Source: an uncultured Candidatus Saccharibacteria bacterium (GTDB lineage Bacteria > Patescibacteriota > Saccharimonadia > Saccharimonadales > AWTP1-31). From it: a stretch of DNA of 64,000 nt. A program made the position numbers and the translations under genes. Positions within the stretch are counted from its first letter, which is position 1. Each line of letters begins with the position of its first letter. A model generated the notes under the pieces. It was not told where the DNA came from. It ran no database searches and was given only the letters and a program-made list of their open reading frames with translations. Positions 19,005 to 30,252 of the stretch are shown here, piece by piece. The stretch is taken from NCBI GenBank assembly GCA_964409615.1, contig CAYPDT010000002.1, positions 65,226-129,225 of the forward strand, read 5' to 3'.

Positions 19005-19019
19005 TGAGAAATTTTCTCA
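19005..19019. promoter_or_regulatory. perfect 7-1-7 palindrome, candidate Fur-family operator
   Basis: TGAGAAA-T-TTTCTCA, 20 nt upstream of the fur-family ATG (19039). Same 7-1-7 geometry as Fur/PerR/Zur boxes. Confidence 0.45.
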
Positions 19020-19038
19020 TTTACACTACACTGAGTTG

Positions 19039-19488
19039 ATGGATAAAAAAGATAAAGAAACACTGCGACAGATATTACAGAGTCACGGCCTGAGCACTAC
19101 CGAAGCACGTCTGACAATCTGCGATGCACTGTGGCAAAAAGAGCCACAAACCATACGGCAAATTCTAGACAACACCAAAGGGCGAATTAATCGTGCGAGT
19201 CTGTACAGAACAATTGAATTATTTGAAAAGTTAGGGCTAATCAACCGTGTATACATCGGCTGGAAATACAAAGTCGAACTCAGCGATGTACTAACACACC
19301 ATCACCACCACCTAAGTTGTGTGCTATGCGGAACTATCACGGCTATCCACGACGAGCAATCAATTGAAGCACTTATTTCTGGTTTAGCTGAAAAATACGG
19401 GATGAAAGCCCAGCGCCACACCCTCGAGATTCAGGGTGAGTGCCAAAATTGTACATCCAAGAATACTGCACTTGCATCCGCTAGGTAG
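19039..19488 (+). CDS. Fur-family transcriptional regulator
   Basis: Winged-helix N-terminus (RLTICDALW...ASLYRTIELFEKLGLI). Metal-site blocks HHHHLSCVLCG and ECQNC. Confidence 0.9.
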   Translation: MDKKDKETLRQILQSHGLSTTEARLTICDALWQKEPQTIRQILDNTKGRINRASLYRTIELFEKLGLINRVYIGWKYKVELSDVLTHHHHHLSCVLCGTITAIHDEQSIEALISGLAEKYGMKAQRHTLEIQGECQNCTSKNTALASAR

Positions 19489-19516
19489 TCAGGTTGTAAC
19501 CGTTTACAATAGGGGT

Positions 19517-22500
19517 ATGAGTGAGTTCGAGACAACCTATAAATTACTAAACCCGAGTCAGCGTCTGGCAGTTGATACCGTTGATGGACCAGTTCTGGTT
19601 GTAGCCGGGCCAGGCACGGGCAAAACCCAGCTTCTTAGCATGCGTGTTGCCAATATACTTCGTAAAACAGATGTTGATCCGGGCAATATACTTTGTTTAA
19701 CTTTTACCAACAAAGCAGCTGTAAACATGCGCGAAAGACTCATTACCCTAACTGGTGGCGAAGCCAGCGGAGTCATGGTCAAAACTTTTCACAGTTTTGC
19801 AGCCGAGCTGATGAATATGTACCCTGACCATTTTTGGAACGGAGCAAAATTGAGCACCGCACCAGATGCGACACAAATAGAAATAATCCAAGATATTCTA
19901 GGCAGATTACCACTCAATAACCCGCTTGCCTTACGTTTCGCTGGGAATTTTACCGCTGGGAAAGATGTAAAGAATGCGCTCAAATACGTAAAAGAAGCCG
20001 GCTTAACTCCTGAGAAACTCAAAGCCCTTATCACTGCTAACCTGGCATATATCGATACAATCGAAGCTGACTTAGTTGAGATTCTAGCTAAACCACTCAG
20101 CGTAAAGAATCTAGCCAATATCGCTGAGCAAGTTGAAACATTGCCCGAGCAGGGAATCGGAAATTCACTACAACCCCTGCAAGACTTAGGCCATACAATC
20201 AAAGAAAGCTTGCGATTTGCCCTACAACAAGATGAAGGCACCGGTAAAACCAAGCACACAGGTAAGTGGAAGCAACGTTGGGTACAAAGTGTCGAAAGCA
20301 AAAAGGGGATGCACAAAGAGCGTGAACGAAACGAATGGTGGTTCAATTTAGCCGACGTATACGCCTCGTATCGCAATAGTCTTCATCTTCGCGGGTACTA
20401 TGACTATTCTGACATGATTGTTGAAGTTATTAGCCAGCTTCAAAATAATGCAGATATGCGGGGTGATGCACAAGAGCGATTCTTGTATGTATTAATCGAT
20501 GAGTTCCAAGATACGAACGCAGCCCAACTGCAGCTGGCGCACCTCATTGCTGACCACCCAAGTAGCAATGGCAAGCCTAATCTTATGGTAGTGGGTGATG
20601 ATGACCAGTCTATCTACAAATTTAATGGCGCCGAACTCAATAACATGCTGTCGTTCCAGTCAAGTTATCCAGCGGCTAAGCTGGTGGTGCTAACCGAGAA
20701 CTATCGTTCGAGCCAAAAAATTCTCGACATGTCGACAAAAATTATCGATCAAGTTAGTGATCGACTTGTAACACGCATGCCGAGCCTGAGTAAAGACCTT
20801 ATTGCAAAAAATATTCCATCGAATTCTGGCACCATAGAACATCGTAGCTATGCAACAGAAGACCATGAGCTCAGCGGCATTGCAGATGATATTGCTACTC
20901 TATACAAACAACAAAACTCTGAGAACCATGATTCAATTGCTGTGCTTGCTCGTGACCACGCGAGCTTACGGAGAATAGCTAGTTTACTCGACAGTCGCGA
21001 AGTTGCCGTGCGCTATGAGCAGCAGAGTAATGTGCTTGAACATCCGGTTGTTCAGCAAATTCACTATATTGCATCTGCACTTGTTGCCATACAAGACGGT
21101 GATGCTGCGCAACTCGACGTGCTTTTATCTAAGATTATTAGAGGTCCCATGTGGCAGCTAAAGCCTTCTCAACTATGGGCAATAGCAACATCGGTTAAAA
21201 GAACAACCAACTGGCTAGACACCATGTTGGCTAGTAATGATGACAGGTTAGCCGAAATTGCACACTGGCTCCTGTGGCTATCACAGCAAGCAAGCAACGA
21301 ACCATTATCAGTCATATTGGAGTACATAATCGGCTTACGAGCTAGTTCCGAAATTACCAGCCCCTTGCGTGAATATTATCTTGCTCACACTGCTGCCGAC
21401 ACAGATTACCTACAATCGCTTTCGGCCCTACGATTACTACAATCGATGGCTAATGACTTTGCGCGTAGCACATCGGCTCGTTTACAAGAATTCGTGCAGT
21501 TTATACAATTATCGATAGATAGTGGCGAGATTATTGCAGACGAAACTATTTTTGTTAGTGGTCCAAACGCGGTTGAGTTGCTAACAGTACACAAATCAAA
21601 AGGCCTAGAATTTGGTACAGTATTTGTTATCAACGCAGTTGATGGCTCATGGAAGCCAGGAACCGGAGGTCGTAAATGCCCAGCCAATCTCCCATTGCAG
21701 CCCGCTGGCGATGACATAGATGACTACGCTCGTTTGATGTATGTTGCCGCCACACGAGCTAAGCATACTTTAATCGCAGCAAGCTATCGTGAAGATATAA
21801 CCAGCAAAGAAGTACTTGCTACTCCGCTCATACACGAGGCCATACCACGACGGGATATATCCGCCGAGATTACCACTCCTAGTGTTTCAATCCTTGAAGA
21901 ACACCTACACTGGCCGCATCTAAATCTTACCGATGAAAAACGTAACCTCAGTGCACAGCTCGATAATTTTGCGCTCAGCGCCTCGTCGCTGCTAGACTTC
22001 CTTGATGTTAGTAAAGGTGGCCCCGAGTTATTTTTCGAGCGACATCTACTTCGATTACCGGAGGCACAGTCTACCAGCATGGCTTTCGGTATCGCAATTC
22101 ATGCTGCCCTGGAATATGCACAGATAACTGTAAACGGTACGGGGCTACAAATAGACAAAATTCTTAGCCACTACGAAACCAGCCTTGCGAACCAATTCCT
22201 TCCCAAGCATGAACATCTACGATTCCTAGAACACGGCAAAGAATTGCTACACAAATTACTTACCAGTGAGTCTTTCTGGCTAGGCAAAGGAGGAATCCCC
22301 GAGCAAAGCATGGGCGATATCCGAGTTGGTAATGCTCAGTTAAAAGGAACACTTGATCGAATAAATATTAACGACGAAGGGCTTATTATTATCGATTATA
22401 AAACCGGTAAGCCACTTGGTAGTTTTGTCACTCGCGACCAAACAAAAGCAATCAAAGCTTGGCGCCATCGTATGCAATTAGTTTTTTACGCGTTGCTAGT

Positions 22501-22747
22501 TTCTCGCAGTAGTCGATTCAAAGCAAAATCTATCACGGGTCAGATGTGGTATGTTGAAGCCGCCTCGGCTAAAGAACTTATCCGCGAGTATATCCCTAGT
22601 GCTGCCGAGCTAGAACGCATGAGCCAACTTGTGCAGGTGGTTTGGTCTAAAATCACCGAACTTAACCTACCTAATGTGACTAACTACAGTCAAGACTACA
22701 CCGGTATACAAGCCTTCGAGCAAGACCTGCTGGATGGCAGGGTATAA
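19517..22747 (+). CDS. UvrD/PcrA-type helicase with C-terminal PD-(D/E)xK nuclease domain (AddA/AdnB-like)
   Basis: Start at the ATG with AGGGGT upstream. Helicase motifs AGPGTGKTQ, LIDEFQDTN, VVGDDDQSIYKFNGA, TENYRSS, TVHKSKGLEF, YVAATRAK. C-terminal IIIDYKTGK nuclease motif. Confidence 0.85.
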   Translation: MSEFETTYKLLNPSQRLAVDTVDGPVLVVAGPGTGKTQLLSMRVANILRKTDVDPGNILCLTFTNKAAVNMRERLITLTGGEASGVMVKTFHSFAAELMNMYPDHFWNGAKLSTAPDATQIEIIQDILGRLPLNNPLALRFAGNFTAGKDVKNALKYVKEAGLTPEKLKALITANLAYIDTIEADLVEILAKPLSVKNLANIAEQVETLPEQGIGNSLQPLQDLGHTIKESLRFALQQDEGTGKTKHTGKWKQRWVQSVESKKGMHKERERNEWWFNLADVYASYRNSLHLRGYYDYSDMIVEVISQLQNNADMRGDAQERFLYVLIDEFQDTNAAQLQLAHLIADHPSSNGKPNLMVVGDDDQSIYKFNGAELNNMLSFQSSYPAAKLVVLTENYRSSQKILDMSTKIIDQVSDRLVTRMPSLSKDLIAKNIPSNSGTIEHRSYATEDHELSGIADDIATLYKQQNSENHDSIAVLARDHASLRRIASLLDSREVAVRYEQQSNVLEHPVVQQIHYIASALVAIQDGDAAQLDVLLSKIIRGPMWQLKPSQLWAIATSVKRTTNWLDTMLASNDDRLAEIAHWLLWLSQQASNEPLSVILEYIIGLRASSEITSPLREYYLAHTAADTDYLQSLSALRLLQSMANDFARSTSARLQEFVQFIQLSIDSGEIIADETIFVSGPNAVELLTVHKSKGLEFGTVFVINAVDGSWKPGTGGRKCPANLPLQPAGDDIDDYARLMYVAATRAKHTLIAASYREDITSKEVLATPLIHEAIPRRDISAEITTPSVSILEEHLHWPHLNLTDEKRNLSAQLDNFALSASSLLDFLDVSKGGPELFFERHLLRLPEAQSTSMAFGIAIHAALEYAQITVNGTGLQIDKILSHYETSLANQFLPKHEHLRFLEHGKELLHKLLTSESFWLGKGGIPEQSMGDIRVGNAQLKGTLDRININDEGLIIIDYKTGKPLGSFVTRDQTKAIKAWRHRMQLVFYALLVSRSSRFKAKSITGQMWYVEAASAKELIREYIPSAAELERMSQLVQVVWSKITELNLPNVTNYSQDYTGIQAFEQDLLDGRV

Positions 22748-22880
22748 CGATATAAATATATAATCACCCTCGCGACACTGTCCTCACTTTTGAGAGACAA
22801 AACAATTATAGTCTCTCCTGTTGCGGATGTGCCTTGAGTGGTGATTATATATCTAACGTATTATTAAATGCTACACGTAG

Positions 22881-23660
22881 CTACTTGCGCTTTTTGGCCG
22901 GGGCTTTTTTGGCCGTCGTCTTTGCTTTTGACTTAGCTGCAGACTTAGCCGGTGCCTTCTTTTTTGCACTCGTAGATTTAGCAGATGCTACTTTTGCGGG
23001 TGCACTTCCTGAACGATGGGGTAGTGTAGGTCGCTTGAGAGTAATCTCGTCACTAAATACCAGAGCATAGAGGTTCATGCCAAACACTGCACCAACAAGC
23101 GGGCCTACTGCATACGCCCAGCTCCATGATTGAATACCAAGTGCAACAGCAGGGTTAAGTACACCGTTAGAACCAAGTGAAGCAATCAAGATACCGATTG
23201 TAAGTGATGCACCAACGGTAAAGGCAAGCTTTGTGCCTTCATACTTTTGATATACAGCACTTGCAACACCAAAGGCGAAGACAAATGCACCCACAGCTTC
23301 AGCAATCAAAACTTTCCAAGCAAATTTTTCACCTGCAATAGTCTTGAGATCTGTGCCCATAAAATAGTTGATGAGCTTCCAAGCGGCAAAACCAGCCAAC
23401 ATCTGAGCTGCGATGTACAACACTGCTTTTACAAAACTTATTTTTCTAACACTCAGTAAGCCCAGTGTGATTGCTGGATTAACTTGCGCACCAGAAGATG
23501 CCCCAATTGTATGGACCAAAAGACCGAGCGTAATACCAGCAGCCAACCCGCCAAATAGTGGAAAGTTGGTACGTCCAACCATCGCATACACGGCGGTGGT
23601 CAAAACCATGACGCCCATAAATTCAGCCACCAACATGGCGACTTTTTGCCTATTAACCAT
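22881..23660 (-). CDS. MIP/aquaporin-family channel with Lys/Ala-rich C-terminal tail
   Basis: Two NPA boxes (QVNPAITLG, VLNPAVALG) and six hydrophobic helices. The last ~50 aa read SAPAKVASAKSTSAKKKAPAKSAAKSKAKTTAKKAPAKKRK. Confidence 0.9.
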   Translation of the reverse strand: MVNRQKVAMLVAEFMGVMVLTTAVYAMVGRTNFPLFGGLAAGITLGLLVHTIGASSGAQVNPAITLGLLSVRKISFVKAVLYIAAQMLAGFAAWKLINYFMGTDLKTIAGEKFAWKVLIAEAVGAFVFAFGVASAVYQKYEGTKLAFTVGASLTIGILIASLGSNGVLNPAVALGIQSWSWAYAVGPLVGAVFGMNLYALVFSDEITLKRPTLPHRSGSAPAKVASAKSTSAKKKAPAKSAAKSKAKTTAKKAPAKKRK

Positions 23661-23744
23661 TGTACCCTCCTTAGAATAACTAATGCTTAAACAATAGTAC
23701 GAAGGGGCACAAAATGCAAATATCGTGTGCCGTAGTTTTTACTA

Positions 23745-24764
23745 CTAGTGTGCCAGTGCAAATTCAGTTTGCTCGGCCGCATAGACAGGAAGGGTACCGT
23801 CGGTCAGCGTTGCAGCTGTGGCTAGGGTATAAACCAATTCGCCAAGAAACGCAGCAACCTGGTCTTGCTGATTGTCTGGATACATCTTTTCGGCAATCTC
23901 TTTCAAGCGCCATACGTCAGTTGCAAACACCTGCACATCGCCATCTGTCGCTTGACGAACGGCTTCTTGATTAACTGTTTTTCCAGCAGTCATATTAAGA
24001 ATAATAAACATTTCTTTATGATCATCACGTAACACTTTAGTGATTTTATCGTGTCCTTTGATATCCTGTGAAACTTGCTTACCAGAATATTCTTGGCCAC
24101 TTATCTTTGTAAGGGTTGACTCAAAACGATTGAATACAGCGTCGAGACCATCAGTCGGGATGCCAAGTGCATCAATAGTTTTGGCAATTTCATCTTTATA
24201 CTTGATTGCATTGGTAATAATGGTTGGTGCTTTATCGATTGCTCCACAACCACAATTCTCACCATGAGCGTGCTCATCAGTATGGGCGCCATACCCAATT
24301 AGTTTATCATCGAGGTCTGTCATGGTATCTGCGAATTCCTTATTGAGGTTATCTGCAGTCATGCCCGATACACCAATCCGCGCAGCCATACCCATTGTTG
24401 CGCCGCCGCCAAAAACTTTGGCACGATGCAATGAAGGTTTATCTATTTCTTCATGACCATACAGAATGGTTCCGGCTTCACGACCATCACCACAGCCATC
24501 ATCTTGAATCATATTACCGTCACTATCGGTACTAACGTCTACCAGAATTACGTCAGATTCGATAACCTCAACGGCCTTCTGTATTTTCTCTAAACCAACA
24601 ACTTCACTTGCTTCTTTATAAGAAATTGAACCGTCGCCATATCCAATACCATCAGTAATTTTTGTAACTTCAGTATGTGCTTGTAATTGTTCGGCCATCT
24701 CCGCTCCCATGATTTCATTGCGCCACGCTGCTCCTTGAGCAGCTAGCTCTCCATTTTCTGTCAT
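23745..24764 (-). CDS. hypothetical protein with Cys/His cluster
   Basis: 339-aa acidic soluble protein. Blocks DDGCGDGREAG and GAHTDEHAHGENCGCGAIDK suggest a metal site. Family not recognised. Confidence 0.6.
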   Translation of the reverse strand: MTENGELAAQGAAWRNEIMGAEMAEQLQAHTEVTKITDGIGYGDGSISYKEASEVVGLEKIQKAVEVIESDVILVDVSTDSDGNMIQDDGCGDGREAGTILYGHEEIDKPSLHRAKVFGGGATMGMAARIGVSGMTADNLNKEFADTMTDLDDKLIGYGAHTDEHAHGENCGCGAIDKAPTIITNAIKYKDEIAKTIDALGIPTDGLDAVFNRFESTLTKISGQEYSGKQVSQDIKGHDKITKVLRDDHKEMFIILNMTAGKTVNQEAVRQATDGDVQVFATDVWRLKEIAEKMYPDNQQDQVAAFLGELVYTLATAATLTDGTLPVYAAEQTEFALAH

Positions 24765-24869
24765 TATATTTATCTCTTGCGTTATATTTCTTCTGACCGA
24801 GTAATGTTACGCCTGTTACATGCTTTTTTCAAGAGTGATTGATGGTACACTATATGTAGAGTACTTACT

Positions 24870-25235
24870 ATGGATATAGCACCAGATAGCACCCAGACCC
24901 GCGTTGTTCTCGACATTTTGCCAACTGTGCGTCACAGATGGGAACTGCCTACGCAGCGTCTATGGGCCCAACGAATTTGGTCTATCCTTAGGCAAGGTAA
25001 CCCAAACCTAGTGCACGTAGTCGACACCGCTACACAGCAGGCAAGACGGAGTATAGAGGCAGAGTTAGGTGTAGTGCAGTCAGGTGCCGATATACGCTTA
25101 ACAAGAGATGAATGGGACCAGGCTATCAACAGTATTGCGCATGCTGCAAGTGCTGTGACCGCATATGCGCTTGCTGAAGCTCACAATGAGATTGCAGGGC
25201 TAGAAGCAAACATGACGCAACCAGACCCTGCATAA
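24870..25235 (+). CDS. hypothetical protein
   Basis: 121-aa ORF filling the gap between convergent genes. No motif recognised. Confidence 0.45.
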   Translation: MDIAPDSTQTRVVLDILPTVRHRWELPTQRLWAQRIWSILRQGNPNLVHVVDTATQQARRSIEAELGVVQSGADIRLTRDEWDQAINSIAHAASAVTAYALAEAHNEIAGLEANMTQPDPA

Positions 25236-25249
25236 CCTGTAGTGTGTAT

Positions 25250-25675
25250 CTAACGGCGTTTTTGACGACGTAAGCCAGCGACTTGCAGGCGCACTGCTTG
25301 ACGGTCTACAAGGTTTTGAGCATGTTGCAAAGAGATAGTGTCTTTTGCCTCACGGCGAAGATTCTGGGCATGGTCGAAGGCTTTTTGTGCCTCGGCTTCG
25401 TTGATTTCATCTTCGCGGTCTGCTTCGTCAACCAGTACACGCACTTTATTATCGGTAACTTCAATAACTCCACCGTTAGTGGCAAAGTACTCCAGCTTAG
25501 TGTCGGGGTCGCCTTGTTTACGACGTACACTTATAACGCCGGGGCTAGCGATGCTGACTAGTGGCATGTGGTGAGGGAAGATAGCGATATATCCATCGGC
25601 CGTAGGTAATACAACCTCATATACATCTTCGCCAAACTTAGCCCCGTCAAGTGTTACCAGTTCAAAATTTATCAT
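25250..25675 (-). CDS. atpC: F1 ATP synthase subunit epsilon
   Basis: 141 aa. The N-terminal beta-sandwich sequence (LVTLDGAKFGEDVYEVVLPTADGYIAIFPHHMPL) and C-terminal helices match the expected layout. Last gene of the atp operon. Confidence 0.9.
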   Translation of the reverse strand: MINFELVTLDGAKFGEDVYEVVLPTADGYIAIFPHHMPLVSIASPGVISVRRKQGDPDTKLEYFATNGGVIEVTDNKVRVLVDEADREDEINEAEAQKAFDHAQNLRREAKDTISLQHAQNLVDRQAVRLQVAGLRRQKRR

Positions 25676-25937
25676 CCTAGTACATCCTCGGGCGACACAC
25701 CAAGCAGGGTTGCAAGTTCATGGCCAACACGTATTTCAATCTCTCTGTAGTGCGGGTCATCTGCACGTTCGCCTGTTCTACGACCATTACCCTCAGTAGC
25801 AAAATCGTATCTACTATCGATTAATCGTCGCAGCTCACCGAGCTCTTCGAGATATTGCAGGGAACTGCCATAGCCCCGATTTAGGGCCTCTTGATCATAG
25901 TCTACGTAACACATTTGGTCACCCGCTCCGCCGCCCA

Positions 25938-25938
<1 letters not shown>
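25672..25938 (-). CDS. hypothetical 88-aa protein inserted between atpD and atpC
   Basis: Its start shares one nt with the atpD stop (TAATG). Its stop overlaps the atpC start (ATGA). Acidic, no TM segment, no motif recognised. Confidence 0.55.
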
Positions 25939-27326
<1,388 letters not shown>

Positions 27327-27845
27327 TTATCTTACCTGATTCGCTTCGTCCCATGTAATAGCGGGCTCTAGCTGATTACCATTTCTCTCTAATATTTCGT
27401 CCAGTACCTCGGTGGTAATTTCACGTAATCCTTGTGCCCCTCGTACTTGCCCCAACCATTCAGCTGTTGCATGCCTCCGACTATCGCCGACCTCAAGACC
27501 GGCGTACATACCGGAACCTTCCTCAGCATCAAGCGGTACCGCCTCTGGGACAGGGCTACCTGCTACGATTTCGAGTATGCCGAATGCTACGACCCGCGCA
27601 GTCTCTAAAGTCTCTTTAGTCGTCGAACGTGTTCGTGCAATTGTCTTTTCTATTCTATCGGTGAAGTTATCGAAACGAACGAGCGCTCCTCGCCCTAAAT
27701 TGGCCATGGTCACACCAGCCCTAACACCAGGAGCTCGTCGTGCTGCAGAAATTTGATCATACGGAGATGAATAACCATCTGCCATTTCGATTGCAGCTGC
27801 CGATGCAGAACGAGGTTCTTGCCCCGGGTGCATTATTGCGGTCAT
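27327..27845 (-). CDS. hypothetical 172-aa protein inserted between atpG and atpD
   Basis: Its start overlaps the atpG stop (ATGA at 27842-27845). It ends 9 nt before the atpD ATG. Soluble, Ala/Arg/Glu-rich, no motif recognised. Confidence 0.6.
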   Translation of the reverse strand: MTAIMHPGQEPRSASAAAIEMADGYSSPYDQISAARRAPGVRAGVTMANLGRGALVRFDNFTDRIEKTIARTRSTTKETLETARVVAFGILEIVAGSPVPEAVPLDAEEGSGMYAGLEVGDSRRHATAEWLGQVRGAQGLREITTEVLDEILERNGNQLEPAITWDEANQVR

Positions 27846-28708
27846 TTTATTGCCTCCGCACCACCAGTGATTTCGGCAAGTTCTTGTGTAATTGCCGCTT
27901 GACGGGCTGTATTAAACGCCAGAGTTAAATCTTCAATAAGATCACTAGCGTTATCGGTGGCATTTTTCATAGCCATCATGCGCATTGATTGTTCTGATGC
28001 AGCTGATTCCATAAATGCCTGGTTTAACTGTGATTCAATCAAACGCTCAGTAATTTCTTCAAGTACCACTTTTGGAGATGGCTCAAATACCGCTTGCTCC
28101 AGGTCTGGAGATACTGGGTCGTCTACATACGCAGCAGGCAACAGTCGTTCAACCGTTACTTCTTGAGAGATACTCGATTTGTAATCAGTATAGGTTATGT
28201 CTACCACATCAGCCTCGCCCTGAACGAACTTCTGAACAACCGTATCAAGAATAGGCCGAATATCGTTTGCAGTTGGGTGGTCAGGGAAGTCTTGATAGGC
28301 AGCAACAACAGTCACGTGTTCAAATCGTACGATAAATCGTGCACCTTGCTTACCAATAACAATTGCTTCGCTAGCGATACCAGCTGCTTTATCTTGCTGC
28401 AATTCACGGGTTAGCTGTTTGAGAATATTACTGTTGTAAGCACCAGCCAAACCACGATTACTTGTTACGATAATATGCAACCGTGTTTTAACTGGTCGCT
28501 GCACATACAATGGATGCTTTCGCACATCAGTCAATTCTCGCAGACGGGCCAAAATCTGGCGGGCCAAATTACGGTAATCACGACTTTTTACAGCTAACTC
28601 TTGGGCACGACGCATCTTACTAGCACTCACCAATTCCATAGCCTTGGTAATTTGCTTGGTGCTCTTAACGCTAGTAATACGTTGCTTAAGTTGCTGTCGA
28701 CTAGCCAT
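27842..28708 (-). CDS. atpG: F1 ATP synthase subunit gamma
   Basis: 288 aa. N-terminal ITSVKSTKQITKAMELVSASKMRRA and C-terminal NTARQAAITQELAEITGGAEA are canonical gamma termini. Confidence 0.95.
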   Translation of the reverse strand: MASRQQLKQRITSVKSTKQITKAMELVSASKMRRAQELAVKSRDYRNLARQILARLRELTDVRKHPLYVQRPVKTRLHIIVTSNRGLAGAYNSNILKQLTRELQQDKAAGIASEAIVIGKQGARFIVRFEHVTVVAAYQDFPDHPTANDIRPILDTVVQKFVQGEADVVDITYTDYKSSISQEVTVERLLPAAYVDDPVSPDLEQAVFEPSPKVVLEEITERLIESQLNQAFMESAASEQSMRMMAMKNATDNASDLIEDLTLAFNTARQAAITQELAEITGGAEAIK

Positions 28709-28710
28709 TG

Positions 28711-30243
28711 CTATGCTTCCTTATGTCCTTCAGCGATATCTTGGGCGACCTTCAGGATAGTTTTCTTCATATCGTCTGTTGGTTTATCACCTTTGCCTAG
28801 AGTCTCAACCATTGCTTTATGCTGACTCTTGAGCTCTTGGAGTAGAGAAGCTTGAGCTGCCTTAATCTTGGCCACCGGCACTCCATCAAAAGCACCTTCG
28901 GTTGCCGCCATCAAGCTGGCAGTTTGCTCCCATACGCCGAGCGGTGAGTATTGTGGTTGCTTCAGCAACTCGGTCAATCGCTGACCACGCTCAATCTTTG
29001 CCTTTGTTTCAGCATCAAGGTCACTACCAAACTGTGCAAAGGCAGCAAGTTCACGGAACTGCGCCAGATCAAGTCGGAGTGAACCAGCAACTGACTTAAC
29101 AGCCTTAGTTTGAGCAGCACCACCCACGCGTGACACAGAAAGACCAACTGACACGGCCGGTCGAATACCTTGGTTAAACAAGTTTGTTTCCATGAAAATC
29201 TGACCATCGGTAATTGAAATCACGTTTGTAGGAATGTAGGCAGAGATATCGCCTGCCTGGGTCTCGATGATTGGCAGAGCAGTTAAACTACCGCCACCCT
29301 TGGCATCACTCATCTTTGCGGCACGCTCAAGTAAACGTGAGTGTAGATAGAAGACATCACCAGGATAAGCTTCGCGGCCCGGTGGACGACGGAGCAGGAG
29401 CGACATTTGACGATAGGCTACTGCGTGTTTAGAAAGGTCATCGTAGGTAATCAAGGCGTGTTGACCGTTGTCACGGAAATATTCACCAATGGTTGCACCT
29501 GCATATGGAGCTAGGTATTGCAATGAGGCAGGGTCTGAAGCACTGGTGGCCACCACAATAGTTTGGTCCATTACACCTTCACGCTTCAGGCGTTCAATGA
29601 TACGAGCTACTTTGCTGAGCTTCTGGCCAACAGCAACGTAGATGTTAATAACACCAGTCTTTTGTCGGAACTGGTTAATCATGGTATCGACAGCAATGGC
29701 TGTCTTACCAGTCTGACGGTCGCCAATAATAAGCTCACGCTGACCACGACCAATTGGCACCATAGCGTCGATAGCCATCAATCCAGTCATCAACGGTTCA
29801 CCAACACTCTTTCGATCGAGTACACCAGGGGCAACTTGCTCAACAAGACCCATCTGTTTTGTTTTGATTGGACCTTTATCATCGAGTGGTCGTCCGAGCG
29901 GGTCAACAACACGGCCAACGAGTTCTGGACCAACAGGGATTTCCATAACGCGACCGCTTAATTTAGCACGCATGCCAGCTTTAACATCGACGTCAGAGCC
30001 CATTAGTACAGCACCAATTTCACCTTCTTGCAGGTTAAGCGCAAAAGCCGGTACCGTCTTACCCTCGGCTTCAATTTCAATCATTTCATTGTAGCCACAA
30101 TTTTGTAGGCCATAAATCCAAGCTACACCGTCACCAATTCTGGTAACGATGCCGACACTTTCAATTTCTGGGCTGGTTTTTAAATCAGCAATAGCTGCCC
30201 GAATGTCTGCGCTTAAATCCTTAATATTAATGTCTGTTGCCAT
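28711..30243 (-). CDS. atpA: F1 ATP synthase subunit alpha
   Basis: Walker [10 protein letters not shown] and conserved blocks [22 protein letters not shown]. 510 aa. Confidence 0.97.
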   Translation of the reverse strand: MATDINIKDLSADIRAAIADLKTSPEIESVGIVTRIGDGVAWIYGLQNCGYNEMIEIEAEGKTVPAFALNLQEGEIGAVLMGSDVDVKAGMRAKLSGRVMEIPVGPELVGRVVDPLGRPLDDKGPIKTKQMGLVEQVAPGVLDRKSVGEPLMTGLMAIDAMVPIGRGQRELIIGDRQTGKTAIAVDTMINQFRQKTGVINIYVAVGQKLSKVARIIERLKREGVMDQTIVVATSASDPASLQYLAPYAGATIGEYFRDNGQHALITYDDLSKHAVAYRQMSLLLRRPPGREAYPGDVFYLHSRLLERAAKMSDAKGGGSLTALPIIETQAGDISAYIPTNVISITDGQIFMETNLFNQGIRPAVSVGLSVSRVGGAAQTKAVKSVAGSLRLDLAQFRELAAFAQFGSDLDAETKAKIERGQRLTELLKQPQYSPLGVWEQTASLMAATEGAFDGVPVAKIKAAQASLLQELKSQHKAMVETLGKGDKPTDDMKKTILKVAQDIAEGHKEA

Positions 30244-30252
30244 GGTCTCTCC

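Noticed and set aside
22834-23070. 78-aa plus-strand ORF rich in Ala/Phe/Leu.
   Set aside because: It is the antisense reading of the Lys/Ala-rich aquaporin tail repeat. The repeat is explained by the minus-strand gene.
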